From NCBI RefSeq assembly GCF_018977255.1, contig NW_024704743.1:79610001-79674000 (forward strand): a stretch of DNA of 64,000 nucleotides. The letters are read 5' to 3'. Below are positions 24,071 through 37,149 of the stretch, piece after piece. The position numbers were made by a program, and so were the translations under genes. The notes under the pieces are model-generated. The model was not told the origin of the DNA. It saw nothing but the letters and a program-made list of their open reading frames with translations, and ran no database searches. Within the stretch, counting starts at the first letter, position 1; each line of letters begins with the position of its first letter. The stretch is from Callorhinchus milii. Lineage: Eukaryota.

Positions 24071-25255
24071 ACAAATCTCCATATCATCCTATGTCTCCCT
24101 TCAGCCCTTCCCTCACTCCTCTTGAAATCATTGACATCAAGTTAACCTCTCAGAATCAACTCAAACTAACACATAAAACAAATTCCACCCCCAATCACCC
24201 CCCCACGCCATGATGTGTGCTTATCATGACATATCATCTGTTGAGAGAATATTCGAAAGTTATTCCACGACGGCAGTAAAAGAAAGGGAAAGTATTCAAT
24301 TTTACAATATTAACATGGTTCTCATTTTCAGAAATTCACTATTAGACACCTTTTTCACCATCTTCTTTACATCATAGAGGTGTCGTGAACTAAACTGTAA
24401 GTTGCGTAGGGTTTAGATCACATTCGATCATATTCAAATGTGTAATAGTGTTACCATATGATGATCGGTTATTTTAGGGCAGAAGCAGTATCTCAATCAA
24501 ATTCATTAAAATGTAATCTATATTTGCTTATCATAGAGATTTTGAGAAAATGTGTAAATTGTCTATGTATTCACTGTACTAAAATGACCTAATTCATTTC
24601 TTCCTGAGAGAACTTCTGTGTGGGTCGGTCGTTTATAAATCCTAATCTGTTATATTAGTCTGGTTCAGATACATGTTGCTAACAATTGGAATTATTCTGC
24701 TATGTTCTCTATATATGCACATTTTACGGAAAATCCTATTATAAGTGTGCAAAGATTCACTCCACTTAGCCAAAGGAGCAGAATAACCTTCAACATGTGT
24801 TATTTTTTAGCCTTGCAAAATGGGGCTCCATTGCACTCTTTTTCTAAAACATATCTGTGACTCAGCAAATTGTCTTTCCAGGATGTTCATTGATAAAGTA
24901 TGAGACCCGGTATAAAGAAAACAAACTCAATTTTGTTGCGCTTTATTTTGTCTGCAGTAAAAGGACATCCGAAAGCTGACTAGTAATGTGCATCTATTTT
25001 CCATCTTAACCCTTGAAGCTCAAGTCAAAGTGCTTGTCGTGCTTTAACAGATAGCTTTCCTGCTCTTTCAGGAGGGTGAGGAGAGAGGTTAAATTGGTCA
25101 AAATACCCATTTCCACCTTACTAAAAAAACCATGCTCTTTGTTCTAAAATATTCAAACTTGGGTTAATTAAATTATGAAATGTTACTTTTTGAAACCAAA
25201 GCGTTTTGTATTTTCTAAGAATGAAGTAGGTATTCCATAGGAATATTCAAATTGT

Positions 25256-25630
25256 GGAGTCCAGTCGCTCAGTGGTTAGAGCACTCGCCTTGCAAGAAAG
25301 AGACCTGGGTTTGATTCCTGGGCAGGGCGAAATGTTGGGCAAGTCTCCTTATTCCACTCGCCTCTGTTTACCTAGCAGTAAGTAAGAACCCAGTTGTTAG
25401 TCCATTGGCGGATCGCTTTTCTGGGGGTAATAATTCCTTCAAAAAGATAATAATAATTTGCTCACTGAATCCACGACTGCTTGTGGGACACTGCTGTGTG
25501 CAATTGGCTGCTGCACTTCTCCACAAAGTATAGTCAATTCACCTTACAGTATATTCTGTGAAGCGCTTTGAGATGTCTCGAAGATGTGATAAGGCGCTAT
25601 ATCAAATGTAAGGAAAATGCAAGGATTATA
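25256..25630 (+). mobile_element. Full-length tRNA-CORE-Deu SINE, long form
   Basis: Head, then ttgggcaagtctccttattccactcgcctctgtttacctagcagtaagtaag, Deu 3' part and L2-type tail. Confidence 0.92.
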
Positions 25631-25659
25631 AATTCAAACAGAATTTGTGGTCAATTTAA

Positions 25660-26015
25660 CAAACTCACTGTTTAGGCTGACATTCCAGTGCAGTGCTGGG
25701 GATGTGCTCGTTTTCGGAGATGCCATCCGCTGGATAAGATTTTAAACCAAGGTCCCATCTGTCTGTTCAGGTAACTGTTAAAGATCCCAAGGCACTATTT
25801 GAAAAGAGAAGGGAGTTTCTCCTGGCACCCTTGCCAATAATCCACCAAATAAATTTGGTCATTCACTTGATGGTTCTTTGTTGAACATTGCTATGTGCAA
25901 ATTGGTTACTGCAATCAACAAATACACTGTCACAGTTTTGCAGTAAATCCTGTGAAGCTCTTTGAGACATCTCGGTGTTATGATAAGGTATTATTTCAAA
26001 TGCAAGGAATATTGT
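25660..26015 (+). mobile_element. Older Deu-domain SINE
   Basis: taggctgacattccagtgcagtgctgggg..aaaccaaggtcccatctgtctgttcagg..aaagatcccaaggcactatttgaaaagag. Confidence 0.85.
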
Positions 26016-26889
26016 TTTAATAATTCCTTTTCAATACTTTCAATACATTCAAAATTCCAAAGGAATTTCCATATTCAAACCACAAAGCCATGACTGAAAA
26101 TATAAATAGCTTCACTTTAGTTTTCTCGTGTAGATCTGGTTTAATCTGATGTGATTTAAAGTGGCTGCACTCTAATCAGTAGCATTGCCCACCGCACAAC
26201 CCTAACCCTCGGTAATACGATCACCTTCATGAAGGTTTATTTTCATTGAAACCCAACCAGCATTGGAAATGTCAGCATGCCCTATATGATTCACCAGCCC
26301 CTTTGTTGATGGCAGGGAGGCCAGGCTGCTCAGGAAACTCATTCCCTAATTGAGGAAAAGAGCAATGTTCAGAGAACAATTAAGCAGCTCAACTAAGTTC
26401 ACAGAACCAAGTGGAACCATTTGCTCTTTGTATACAATGCTGTTGGCGGCTTTTAGTATAATTTCTGCTAATTATTTGACCTGCGACACTGCTAATTTCT
26501 TCATATGATTCTGTTCACTGATATCTCCTCATATAATAGGAGTCCACTTTTGTGCAGCATAGACTATGTGAGGACTATAAAAGCTCTGTCATCCATACAT
26601 CAAAAAATCATTGTAGTTTGGGAGGATTTGGGAAGGGGAGGAGAAGGTTTCTTCGAAGTCTATTTTTCATACCAAAATAATACTGGAGAAGAGCAAAGAG
26701 GAAAACTTTTTAAAAAAGTGTCAACATCCAGTATAAAATGGGTAAAAAATTGTTGATACAAGTCAAGTACAACAATAACAACAACTTGCACTTATATTCA
26801 TGCAGGGCAACGTCTCAGAGCGCTTACCATCTGCAGGGTTTGACGGCAAGCCGAGGAGACCCTGATGGTTACAGTTGACATGGTAATCT

Positions 26890-26974
26890 AGATCATCCAG
26901 AACTCTGCAACCCATCTTTCCTTATGCTCCAGGCTCCGCGAGTCGATCACCCCTATCCTTGTTGGGTTCTACTG
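26890..26974 (+). repeat. 85-bp duplicate of the L2-derived segment at 27681-27765
   Basis: 80 of 85 positions identical by eye; all 5 differences are C/T. Confidence 0.85.
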
Positions 26975-27644
26975 AACATGTTCCACAGTGTGTTATGTAC
27001 TGTCGTCTGTATGTTTCTGTCCTAGTGTTCAAAGGTCATTAATCATGGACGATGTTCTCAAAGCAAGAAATCCAGTGGGTTATAGGGCCTTCTTCATCCG
27101 AACTAATCTGCTGATTTTATGAACTGTGAGACTGATTTGCTCTTGATTGGCTGGACTGTGATATGCAGGAATCCAAAAAGCCAGAAACAAGTAACAGAGA
27201 ATTCAGGGGTTTTCTTCCCCGAGAAAATAACCTTTTAACCAATACATTGGTATATCAAATAATCTAATGAAAATCAGTTTCAAAAAATGATTTTAAAGTT
27301 CCTAAAACATATAAATGCCAGCAGAAGGAATCTGCTAGAATGATGAATTATTGAGGGTCGTGGAAGTGCTTTGCAATTCAATTGGATATTTCTCATTGGG
27401 GGGGAAAAATATTTTTTGTAATTTATTTCTGATAATGTGATAGGTGGTGAAACATGTTGGTTCTTTACAATCTATTCTTTAGTTCTATCACACTCTGATA
27501 CTCAGGATCCGTCCTTTAGGTCAATTCTATACCAATTCAGTGAACTTGCTAAAGTAAGAAGCAGTAACAGGAGTTATAACTATTTGAATCTAGTTAAAGG
27601 AGCCATGTACATTTGATTCTGGTTAGAAGGGCTATGTTTATTTT

Positions 27645-28045
27645 TTCCTCCACTCCCCAGCTCCTTCCTCCATAAGCTGCAGATCATCTAGAACTCTGCA
27701 ACTCATCTTCCCTTATGTTCCAGGCTCCGCGAGCCGATCACCCCTATCCTTGTTGGGTTCTACTGGCTCCCCATCCCCAGCCAATAGAATTCAAGATCCA
27801 CATCCTCACATTCAAATTCCTCCATGGTATTTATGTTTTTTTATGAAAAATCACCATTCACCAGAACGAGGTTAGCTTTCAGCCATTCTGCTCATTCTCT
27901 GTGTCATTCCATCCTGGAGTCTCTCTGCTCCATCCTCTTGCTTTCCACTTTCAAAGCCCATATTAAGACCTATTTCTTCAACCGCTTCCAACCCCCAGCT
28001 CCTCTCGCCCAGCTCAGGTATCCATGTCCAGCCAGCTATGTAAAG
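27645..28045 (+). mobile_element. L2 3' fragment
   Basis: cataagctgcagatcatctagaactctgca..tactggctccccatcccc..gaattcaagatc; AFSHSAHSL..TFKAHIKTY. Confidence 0.8.
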
Positions 28046-28479
28046 CTCTTTCAGATGTCCTATTGATTTGGAAATGTAAAAAAAGAAAGTTCTTTCACAT
28101 AAGAGATGTACAATGGGAAATGATTCCTTACTGACTCAGGCCATTGGATGATGACAGGCGACTGCGGCTATTTCAGCACCAAGATCTACATTTACAAACC
28201 AGTTGAACGTTCGTTTTACTTAAACCTCAATGGTTGCTATGCAAATCTACATTGTATTGTGTTTTTAATAGACAGATAATTTCTCTGGATTGTACTGTAA
28301 CTCAGAGGATACTCAACCTGGGAAGTAGTGCTTTACTGAAACAATACACCAGTGAGTTTGACTGTACTGTACCACATAATCCATCAGGATGTGAGGCTTA
28401 ATGTCACAAGCCGTATATTGAAACACGAGTGGAATGTGGCACAACATTCCTAGGTTATCACTCCAACCAACCCTGTATT

Positions 28480-28750
28480 GAGACATTAAACAGAGCTCCA
28501 GTCTGTTAGTTCTTTAGGTAGACATTAAAATCCCATGACACTGTTTGCAAAGGGAAGGGAGTTTACTTCAGTATCCTAGCCAACAATTCTCCATATAAAT
28601 TGGTCATTAATTTCATGGCTGCTTGTAGGACATTGCTAAATACAGATTGATTGCTGCATTTGCCTAATATACAGTCACCACACTTGACAGTAATTCCTCT
28701 AAAGTGCTTTTGGATGTTCCAACATGATAAGTCACTGTAAAAATGCCATT
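28480..28750 (+). mobile_element. Older Deu-domain SINE
   Basis: gagacattaaacagagctcc..aaaatcccatgacactgtttg..aaattggtcatt. Confidence 0.7.
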
Positions 28751-29039
28751 TATTTTCTTTCTTAGGAGTTTTTTTTAAAAAATCTGGCGTTAAAATTACA
28801 TGTAAGTGTCTATTGCCCATCATCACTCAAGAAACGCTCTGTTATTATAACTGGTAATTCCCCATTCCAGTACTGGAATCGCATTTGTGTATTTCTGAAC
28901 TGATTCTTCAAAGAGAAATCAGAATTGCACAAAGGGAGAGTCCTTCCAATAACTAAAGTCTATCCCATTATCCCCCAGGATGCTGTGCTGACACACTTGA
29001 GTGTGAAATTCTCTGCTGCCTTCAGTTATTATTATGCAC

Positions 29040-29212
29040 ATTCAAAAAAAGACTGACTTCATGGCTGAGGGAGAATAAAGTTGAGGGATATGGGGAAAGG
29101 GCCAGTATATGGGACTTGGGATAGGTTCTAGGATGGGCACTCATGTAGAGTATAAACACTGGCCGGACGGGATGAGCCGAATGGTCTTTTCTAGGTTATA
29201 CTTTCTGTGAAT
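29040..29212 (+). mobile_element. CR1 3' end
   Basis: ttcaaaaaaagactg..gagggatatggggaaaggg..taaacactggc..gatgagccgaatggtct. Confidence 0.75.
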
Positions 29213-29739
29213 CTACCCTCGAGTTCCTGAAGCCCTACTGCTGGTTAATATGAATTCAAACAGGATTCCTTATTAAGTAATTCCACAAAACTAAACACAG
29301 CCAACTCTGCAGTCTCTTCAGCGCCTGATTGGAATACAGCATTTTTCCACTGTGACACTCCTTTGTTTCACATGGATCCCATTCTCCACAGCTGGATTCA
29401 TGTCCTTGGATGCATTTAAAACTTTAAATTGGCTGCCAATATTCTATAGCCTGACCAAAAAGAAACATTACTTGTTCAATCAATCAGACAATCCTAGGAC
29501 TCCGACCTGTAACCTTCTCATCAGGAGCCAAGCATTAACATGTGTTTGGACAGGCTGGTGATCCAGGGCCAGTTAGGTTCATGTCTGCAATTTCTCATAC
29601 AGATAGGCTGCTAATATCAAGTCGGTCAGATGCGGAGCTCTTCAAATAAATTTGTTTTATTTGCATTGTGTGAATTCTGACCTATCTTGTTGTATGTTTG
29701 TATTTTTACAGCAATTAAAAAGCCCTACGTTAATTCTTT

Positions 29740-30665
29740 GAACTCACAGTCTAGGCTGACACCCTAGGGGAGCACCACATTGTCAGAGATGCCATCCTTC
29801 AGATGAGATGTTAAATCCAGGTCCAATCTGCCTGTTCAAATTGCGTGTTAAAGATAATAATCCCTCAAAAAAAACAATAATAAATTGGTCATTTCAATCC
29901 ACGACCTGGGCCACTGCTGTACGCATTTTGCCCACAAATATACAACAACAACTTGGATTTATATAGCCCTCCACATCGGACGGTGTCTCAGAGCGCTTTA
30001 CAGTTTAGGGGCCGGGACCGAGCCAGGTGGAGGGGAAGGTAACCAAAGGCGCGGTCGAAAAGAAAAGTCTTCAGCAGAGACCTGTAAATGGGAAGGGAGG
30101 GAGCGAGACGAAGGGAATGAGAAAGGCAGTTCCAGAGCCTCGGGGCATAGTAGCTGAAGGCACGGCCGCTGAGGGTGGAGAGGAGGACTCGGGGGACAAG
30201 GGGGAGGCCAGACCTGGAGGAACGAAGGCAACGGGTATTGTTTTGAGGAGAGAGGAGGTCAGAGAGGTAGGGGGCTGCAGAGGAGTGCAGGAACTTGAAC
30301 ACGAGAGTGAAGATCTTGAAATCGATCCTCTCTGGGATAGGGAGCCAGTGCAGTCTGGCAATTCACTTTACTGTCTATTCTGTGAAGTGCTTTGAGACGT
30401 CTAGAAAATGTGAAAAGCGCTATATAAATTGTAAGGATTATTATTATTATTATGGCACGATTCAAAAAGAGAAAGGTTTTTCCCCGTTGTCCTGGCTTCC
30501 TGATAAAATTGGTCATTCACTTCATGTCTGTTTGTTACATGCAAATTGGCTGCTGCATGTACCTACAAATATACAGTCACTGCACTTTATATTAACTCCT
30601 GTGCTATGCTTTAAGATGGCTCGACAACACAATAAAATACACTACAATTATTATATTTGTTATTA
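29740..30665 (+). mobile_element. Cluster of Deu SINE pieces hosting a minus-strand L2
   Basis: SINE ..gcccacaaatataca is broken at 29944 and resumes at aattcactttac (30360). Confidence 0.75.
29943..30359 (-). mobile_element. L2 3' fragment, tail variant B, young
   Basis: Minus ORF ..[33 protein letters not shown]; homologous to 8060-8499. Confidence 0.92.
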
Positions 30666-30666
30666 T

Positions 30667-31718
30667 TATATGCTCCCCATTGGTGACATCATCCGCAGAC
30701 ATGGGGTTAACTTCCACATGTATGCGGATGACACCCAACTCTACCTTTCCTCCTCTACCCTCAACTCCACGACCACCGATGTCCTGACAGCCTGCCTGTC
30801 CGACATCGAGTCCTGGACGAGAGACAACTTTCTCAACGTGCACAAAACTGAGGCCCTCCTGATTGGCTCACGTCAGCGCCTCCGCACCTCAGGCGCTGAC
30901 AGCATCAGCATCCAAGGCTGCACTCTCCACCTCTCAAAGCCGGTCAGGAACCTCGGCGTTCTGTTCGACCCTGAGCTGTCCTTTCTCCCTCATATCCGCA
31001 CCACAACTGGCACCGCCTTCCGTCACCTCCGGAATATTGCCAGCTACGGCACTACCTCACCCCTCACGCTGCTGAAACTCTGGTTCACGCCTTTATCACC
31101 TCAAGGCTGGACTATGGGAACTCTCTCCTCGTCGGCCTTCCCGCCACCTCCCTCCACAAGCTGCAGGTCATTCAGAACTCTGCAGCTCGTGTACTGTCCC
31201 GCACCAGGCTTCGCGATCACATCACTCCCACCCTCGCTCGCCTCCACTGGCTCCCCATCCCCCAGAGGATTGAATTCAAGATCCTCATCCTCACCCACAA
31301 GGCCATTCACGGCCTCACTCCTTCCTACCTCTCCGACCTACTACCCCCCTACTTACCTGCCCTTACCCTCCGTTCCTCTGGCTCCAGTCTACTCTACATC
31401 CCCCGCCCTAACCGCCCTACCATCGGTGGCCGGGCCTTCAGCCTCTCAGCCCCTAGGCTCTGGAACTCCATCCCCCAGTGCCTTCACCTTGCTTCCTCCC
31501 TTTCCTCCTTCAAGGCCGGTCTCAAGACCTTTCTCTTCGACCGTGCCTTCAGCTCCCCTCTCGACTCTCTACCCCCTCCTCGCTCACTCCCTTCCCTTCC
31601 CTCACCCTGACCATTTCCCCCCTGCTCGGGTCCCGACCCAACTGTCCAGCGCCTTGGGTTGTCCTCCCGACGTGAAAGGCGCTCTGTAAATGAAATCTTG
31701 TTGTTGTTGTTGTTGTTG
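30667..31718 (+). mobile_element. L2 LINE, 5'-truncated, young, tail variant A
   Basis: [48 protein letters not shown], then a frameshift; CpG-rich; stem-loop and (TTG)n tail. Confidence 0.96.
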
Positions 31719-32739
31719 TATATTTATTTTCACCCTTGATAAAGTGGCATTGACAGCTAACATCTAAAATGTATGAGCTGGAGACAAGTCCAAGTTTATA
31801 AATTAAAGGCATTGGGATTTCACTTGGTCTAATAATCTGACAGAAATCTACTTCTACAGCTTGACAGCTTTGCAACTGCAGGTTGCTTAGACAAAATGTT
31901 GGATGAGGTACAGAAGCAGAATGTTACCAGTTTATTTCATTCATTCATGTTAGTTGGAGGGGGCAGGAGTGAGCTTTCCATTACATAATGATACATTCCA
32001 GAAGTTTGATGTGCAGTTCAGGTTCATATCCAATTTTCCTAGGCAGTCAGCCAAACCAGGATACTCCAGTCTGGAGCAATTGCTACTGAAGATATGCAGT
32101 TATACAGTATTGTGCGCCAGCATCAATTGCATTGATATCTGTAAATGGAGCAGGAGATGCAGCAATGTCTAATGAATCTTTCTCAATGTTGAGGTATCAT
32201 TTATCAATTGTAGATTGCCTCATCCTAGACCACTTGTACTTTTGCTACAACTATTTCTGAAGCTGGCTGCACGCTCTGTTTCATCCTATTGACAAATCGG
32301 TTTATTTATTTAGTTATATTGTTACACTTTTTGAAAGACAATTTTTTCCTTTACCAACCCAGCCCCCATTGATGTCCTCATAACATAGCATCAGATTGGG
32401 ATTTTATGTTCACCTACAAAACACACTGTCACTACACTTTACAATAAATCTGTCAAGGCACTTTTTTAGGCATTCTTCTGACCTGAAAGGCTCTATATCA
32501 AATAAAGAATATTATTAAGATTATTACTAGCTCAAGTCCAACCAACATTCCAGTAAGGTCTTTTAATTCTTGGTTTACAATGGGAGCCTATGGCACCAGT
32601 GATAGAACCTGTGGAGCTCACTATAAGCTTGGTCTTCATAGCCATGTGTGTTTGAACCTCTTTCTGCATACAATTGGATATGGGGTAATTCCATTTTCAC
32701 CTGGGATCAAAACGTAGTAGATTATACAGACAATCATGA

Positions 32740-32920
32740 AGTTTTTTGTTAGCAGAGGGTAATCAATGCCTGGAACAGATTGCCATAAAATGTATCAGAG
32801 GCCAGGACATTAGACTCTTTTCAAAAGCAGCTTGATGCAGTGAAAAGGGGGTGGGGGGGCAGAGAGGAGATTGGATGGGCTGTCATCCAAACCAATCTTG
32901 TGACCTTGTGATCTTGTGAG
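32740..32920 (+). mobile_element. CR1 3' end
   Basis: cagagggtaatcaatgcctggaacagattgcc (RVINAWNRLP)..ttcaaaagcagcttgat..cttgtgaccttgtgatcttgtg. Confidence 0.75.
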
Positions 32921-33374
32921 AGCGATCGCCAAGCAGAGCATTCCTGTTGTAAATTGAAGTGTGTTAGAAATTGGAAGCAATTGGGTTGTAAACAACATCC
33001 AAGTCACAGTTTTAATAGAACCTCTTGTCTTCATTGTGTACACTGAGACTTTATTTATAGATTTTGAAACAAAACAACAGCAGCAGCATGCATTTCGATG
33101 CTGGGAAAAAAGAATTGCCTTATTTCTGTCTAGCAGCCCAATTATCCAATTCTGTTTGGGTAACTGTCACAAGAGGTCCAGGTTGTGCACTTACAGCCAA
33201 GATCGTGGCAGATGTGTTCTGCATCACGTCCTCCAGTACATCTTTAATTCTGCTTAACACTAAGCATAAAAAACAGAACTTCTGCAAGAAAGAAATTATA
33301 GCCACACAATTGCAGCCAGTGATATATACCTGTGAGCATTAATTAGTCAGCACACGCGCACACATGAACACCCA

Positions 33375-33825
33375 ACAACCACAACAACTTGCATTTATAT
33401 AGTATCCTTCATGCGAGGTAGCATCCCAGAACACTCGACAGTTGCAGAGTCTGACAATGAGCCAGGGGGAGAGGGAATGGGGAGGTGAGTTCCCATAAGC
33501 ACAATCACAAAGGAAGGTCTTTAGGCTGGATTTGAACTTGGGGAGGGAAGGGGCAAGGCAGAGGGATTGAAGGAGAGAATTTTGGGGCATAGTGGCCGAA
33601 AGCATGGCCACTGATGGTGGAGCGGAGCGAACGAGGAACAATTATGAGGCTGGAGCCAGCTGAGAGGAGGAAGCGGGTGGTGGAGTGGGGGGTGACCAGG
33701 TTGGATAGGAAGGGAGGTGCGAGGGTATTAAGATATTCAAAAACAAGTGAGAGGATCTTGAAATAGCCAAGTCCAACCAACATTCCAGTATTAGGAGCCA
33801 GTGGAGCCTGGCAAGGACTGGTGTG
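33375..33825 (-). mobile_element. L2 3' fragment (variant B-like)
   Basis: PVLARLHWL..FKILSLVF..GHAFGHYAPK..FKSSLKTFL. Confidence 0.85.
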
Positions 33826-34419
33826 AGTCCACACATACATACACCTACACACATCCACATGATTACATATACGATGGGCCAAATGGCTTTCTTATGTGTT
33901 ATAAATTTCTATGGTTCTTGACTTATTCTGTTTCAATACTTACAAATACAAAGGTGAACACAATGAAATTGGTTATAAAAGAATGATTGCTGGCTATTCC
34001 CAAATACTGGCTGTGGTAGTAAACATTCTCCCCCTACCCCCGCTCCCACACACACACACGCACACCTCTAACAATTCACAATCTTCTCTGACTTATGGGC
34101 AAGAGTGCTACCAACTGAGCCAGGCTGATACACTGTAGACCCAATAATGCTACCTGGTACATAAAAGTTCAAATGATTTTATTACCATTCTATAATGCAC
34201 ATAAAATTTGTTCAAATTCAGTGATGCCCAGCGTTAACTGTCTGTCACTATATATAAAAACTTGCCTTGAACAAAACAAAAGCTAGATTAAAATTACCCA
34301 CAGCATGCTCAGCTTGTCTAAGTGTCATATATAGAATAATACCCACCGAGCAGGATTCAAAGATATAACACGCCTCAGGGTTGATAAAGTACAAACCACT
34401 TGAGATTTAGTCTTGCAAT

Positions 34420-34770
34420 TTACAATACCATCTAAACTACTGCCTTGCCACACATTCCTACATTATCTGATAATTTCATTATGATAATATTCATTATCTC
34501 ACTCTTCAATTGCCTTGCTCACATATTACTTATTTTATACTGATCCACATTAAACTGTTAATGCAGCTATTTAAGAATCCAAATCTTTTCCCAAATGCTT
34601 ACATTATGAGTGCTATTATTCTTTTTGCTTCCATTTAACTAGGTCCTACTGGTAATTTGTGTTAATAGATGCATTCATTAGCCATGACCTGCAATTTACC
34701 TGATTACCTTTAGCCACACAACCATACTATTGATGAAACAATATTAAAAAGTTTGCTAATATAATAATCT
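34420..34770 (-). mobile_element. Very old CR1/L3-like RT relic
   Basis: Minus strand shows DFSKAFD-like (attagcaaactttttaatattgtt) and QRVMVN-like remnants; heavily decayed. Confidence 0.3.
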
Positions 34771-34774
34771 GTCT

Positions 34775-35120
34775 TTCGTATGAAAGGTTAAACTGATGCC
34801 CTGTCTGCCTGTTCAGGTGGCACTATTCGATAAGAGAAAGGAGTTTCTTCCGATATCCTGGGCAACAATCTCCCAAATAAAATTGGTCATTCAGTTCATG
34901 GCTGTTTGTGGAACATTGCTGTATGCAAGTTGGATGTTGCATTTGCCTACAAAATACACACTTCCGAATCTCTGACTGTACAGCTTCTTGGAACGTCCTC
35001 CTGACGTGAAAGGCACTATATAACTGTAATTAGTTATTGTTGTTTACAGTAAATCCTGTGATGCACTTTGAGACATTTTGATGACTTGATAAAGCATTAT
35101 ATAAAATACAAGAATTATTT
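34775..35120 (+). mobile_element. Older Deu SINE with an internal short L2 tail
   Basis: ctgtctgcctgttcaggtggcactattcg..; insert cttggaacgtcctcctgacgtgaaaggcac..ttgttg. Confidence 0.75.
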
Positions 35121-35254
35121 TCAAAGTTCACTTTCAATACTTATCAATTTTATATTCTAAAGCCAATGTAATGTAAATGCAAGTTATTATAAATAATGCC
35201 ACCGTTTATTAAAACTACTTTCCCTTTTGAACATTTTGCCCATTGGACCCTTCT

Positions 35255-35835
35255 CAAGTCATGTCAGTCACCTCCTTCCCTGAAGGAACAAACTCATCCT
35301 GTGATGAGATCCCACAGGCAGCAGCCAGCCTCCGACCCCTCATTAAAGTGATTTTCTTCATGTCAGAACCTGTAAAAGTAGAGCCTGCAAGCTGTTTGAT
35401 TATGGTGGGCATCAGAGCTTAGCTTGATCCTGTCCTCATCCAATAGCCACACACTTTGCAGCAGGAATTACTGAATCGTGATCAAACTGCAAATTCAACC
35501 TGACTTTTGCCCTACCTAGCTCAGAGACATTCAGGGCAAATTTAGCGCCTCTACAGTCACTCCAGGGGCCCATACTTATTAGCCTTTAAGACTATTTAAA
35601 GGCTAGTATTAGCCTTTAAGACCATTTAAGACCTGTGGAAAAGCGGCTTCTCAATGGAGATTGAATTTAAGAATTTTGCATAATTTTGCCTTACCTTCAA
35701 CTTTAAGGCAAAATGGTCTTACAGACTAAAACTAGATAGCATTTTGGGCTTCTTATGAGATCATATAATTCAGCATAGACCAAGAATTGAACCTTTGGCA
35801 TTTGGCATCTTGTCGCTCAGTTCTACATTAGGCAT
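35255..35835 (-). mobile_element. AmnSINE2-like SINE split by a MITE
   Basis: ggcagcagccagcctcc..gatcctgtcctcatcc..agcgcctctac stops at ~35563 and resumes at aattcagcatagaccaagaattgaacct (~35768). Confidence 0.65.
35564..35750. mobile_element. AT-rich TTAAGA-type MITE (family M1)
   Basis: aatttaagaattttgcataattt..ttaaggcaaaatg matches 46824-46876 and, inverted, 43275-43320. Confidence 0.5.
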
Positions 35836-37149
35836 TAAACTTACAAAATGAGCCTTCGGGGGAGCTGCTGTGTTTTGTTTCAGATCAGTCAATAATGATA
35901 CTCCACGTATCACTATGGGAAAAAAAATTGTTAAGATGGCTTCAGTACATTATTATTACAGCACATCAATTGGCCAGTTCAATCCCTATCAGATTCTGAT
36001 TATGTTATATCATGGGCTTTATATTCCCCTGGGAGCTGCACATGACATCTAATCATAGCCTGATCATAGCCTGCTGGCTTATTCACTCAAAAAAGGCAGC
36101 AAAAGAATCAAATGAACTCTTCCTTAAAGACATCACAAAGCACCAATATGTCATTTTCACAGGGCTTCATGCACAAAGTCCTTACAATCTGGCCCCCAGG
36201 GGACACTGTCTCTTTAAGAGGATTGAACTATATTCCATTTTTAAACGCAGTCATCAGTTGTTCATGCCGATGGCAAAGTGCCTGGAAATTCCATTGGGCT
36301 GCAGTTATACACTGTAAAATCAAACACTTCTCCTTTTGAGGCACATGATTTTATTTAAAATAGGTCACCTTTCAAATGCAACCAAATCCCCGAAATACTA
36401 ACTCGAATGAAATGATAGTCAGACTGGTTACATTTAAATAAAGCAGCTTTTGTTGGTAGTAAAGTTTCCCTAGACTTGAACACAGAATGTACATATATTT
36501 AATGAGTGCTTGCAGGGCTGGGCACTAAGCCCACATGTCCACCATGTATCAATTACCAGTCAAAATGAGGGAAAGTCAATGGAATATAGTCTGCCCTGAA
36601 ATGTACTGGAATTCTTGAATGGCAGCCGAGATAATAAGAGGGCTCATGAACCAGATGACTCGTACACGTGTTAAGTGACTTGCAGTACGCTCTGTACAAG
36701 CCCTATTAAGAATTCTGCTGATAGTTTTCTTGTGGGAATACGCGCACTTGTGCTCAGGAACCTAAAAGAAAATCAGAAAAACAGCCAATATTTCTGATAG
36801 CGCAAATGCTGTTTACTGGCTGAGCCACAGATGTTTTTTTCAATTTATTCAACTTTTTAAAAGCTTCTCAAAGATCAACTGTTGATAAGACCAGATCAAA
36901 TTAATCTGTCACTTCCTGCAACAAGACTTTAATGAAGGCAATGAGAGAGGCAGCCACGCATACCACAGAGTTGCACTAGAGTGCCAAGTCCTCTGCAGCC
37001 CATCAGTTGACTAGAAAAATAACACTCACAAAATCTCCCCCAAAGAAAAGTGTTGATGGCAAGAGATCGGAAATGCCCTCAGAAAGTTGTCCAATCTGTA
37101 AAAGGATAAGAACACAAGCATGTGAATTACCACAGCAAAAACTCAGTCC

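Noticed and set aside
24385..24468. Two adjacent small hairpins as an H/ACA snoRNA
   Set aside because: No ANANNA hinge or correctly placed ACA tail, and the stems are short
30295..31689. 464-aa ORF as a gene
   Set aside because: It is a chance read-through of antisense L2, SINE tails and an L2 RT piece that shifts out of frame after about RNIA; not a coherent protein
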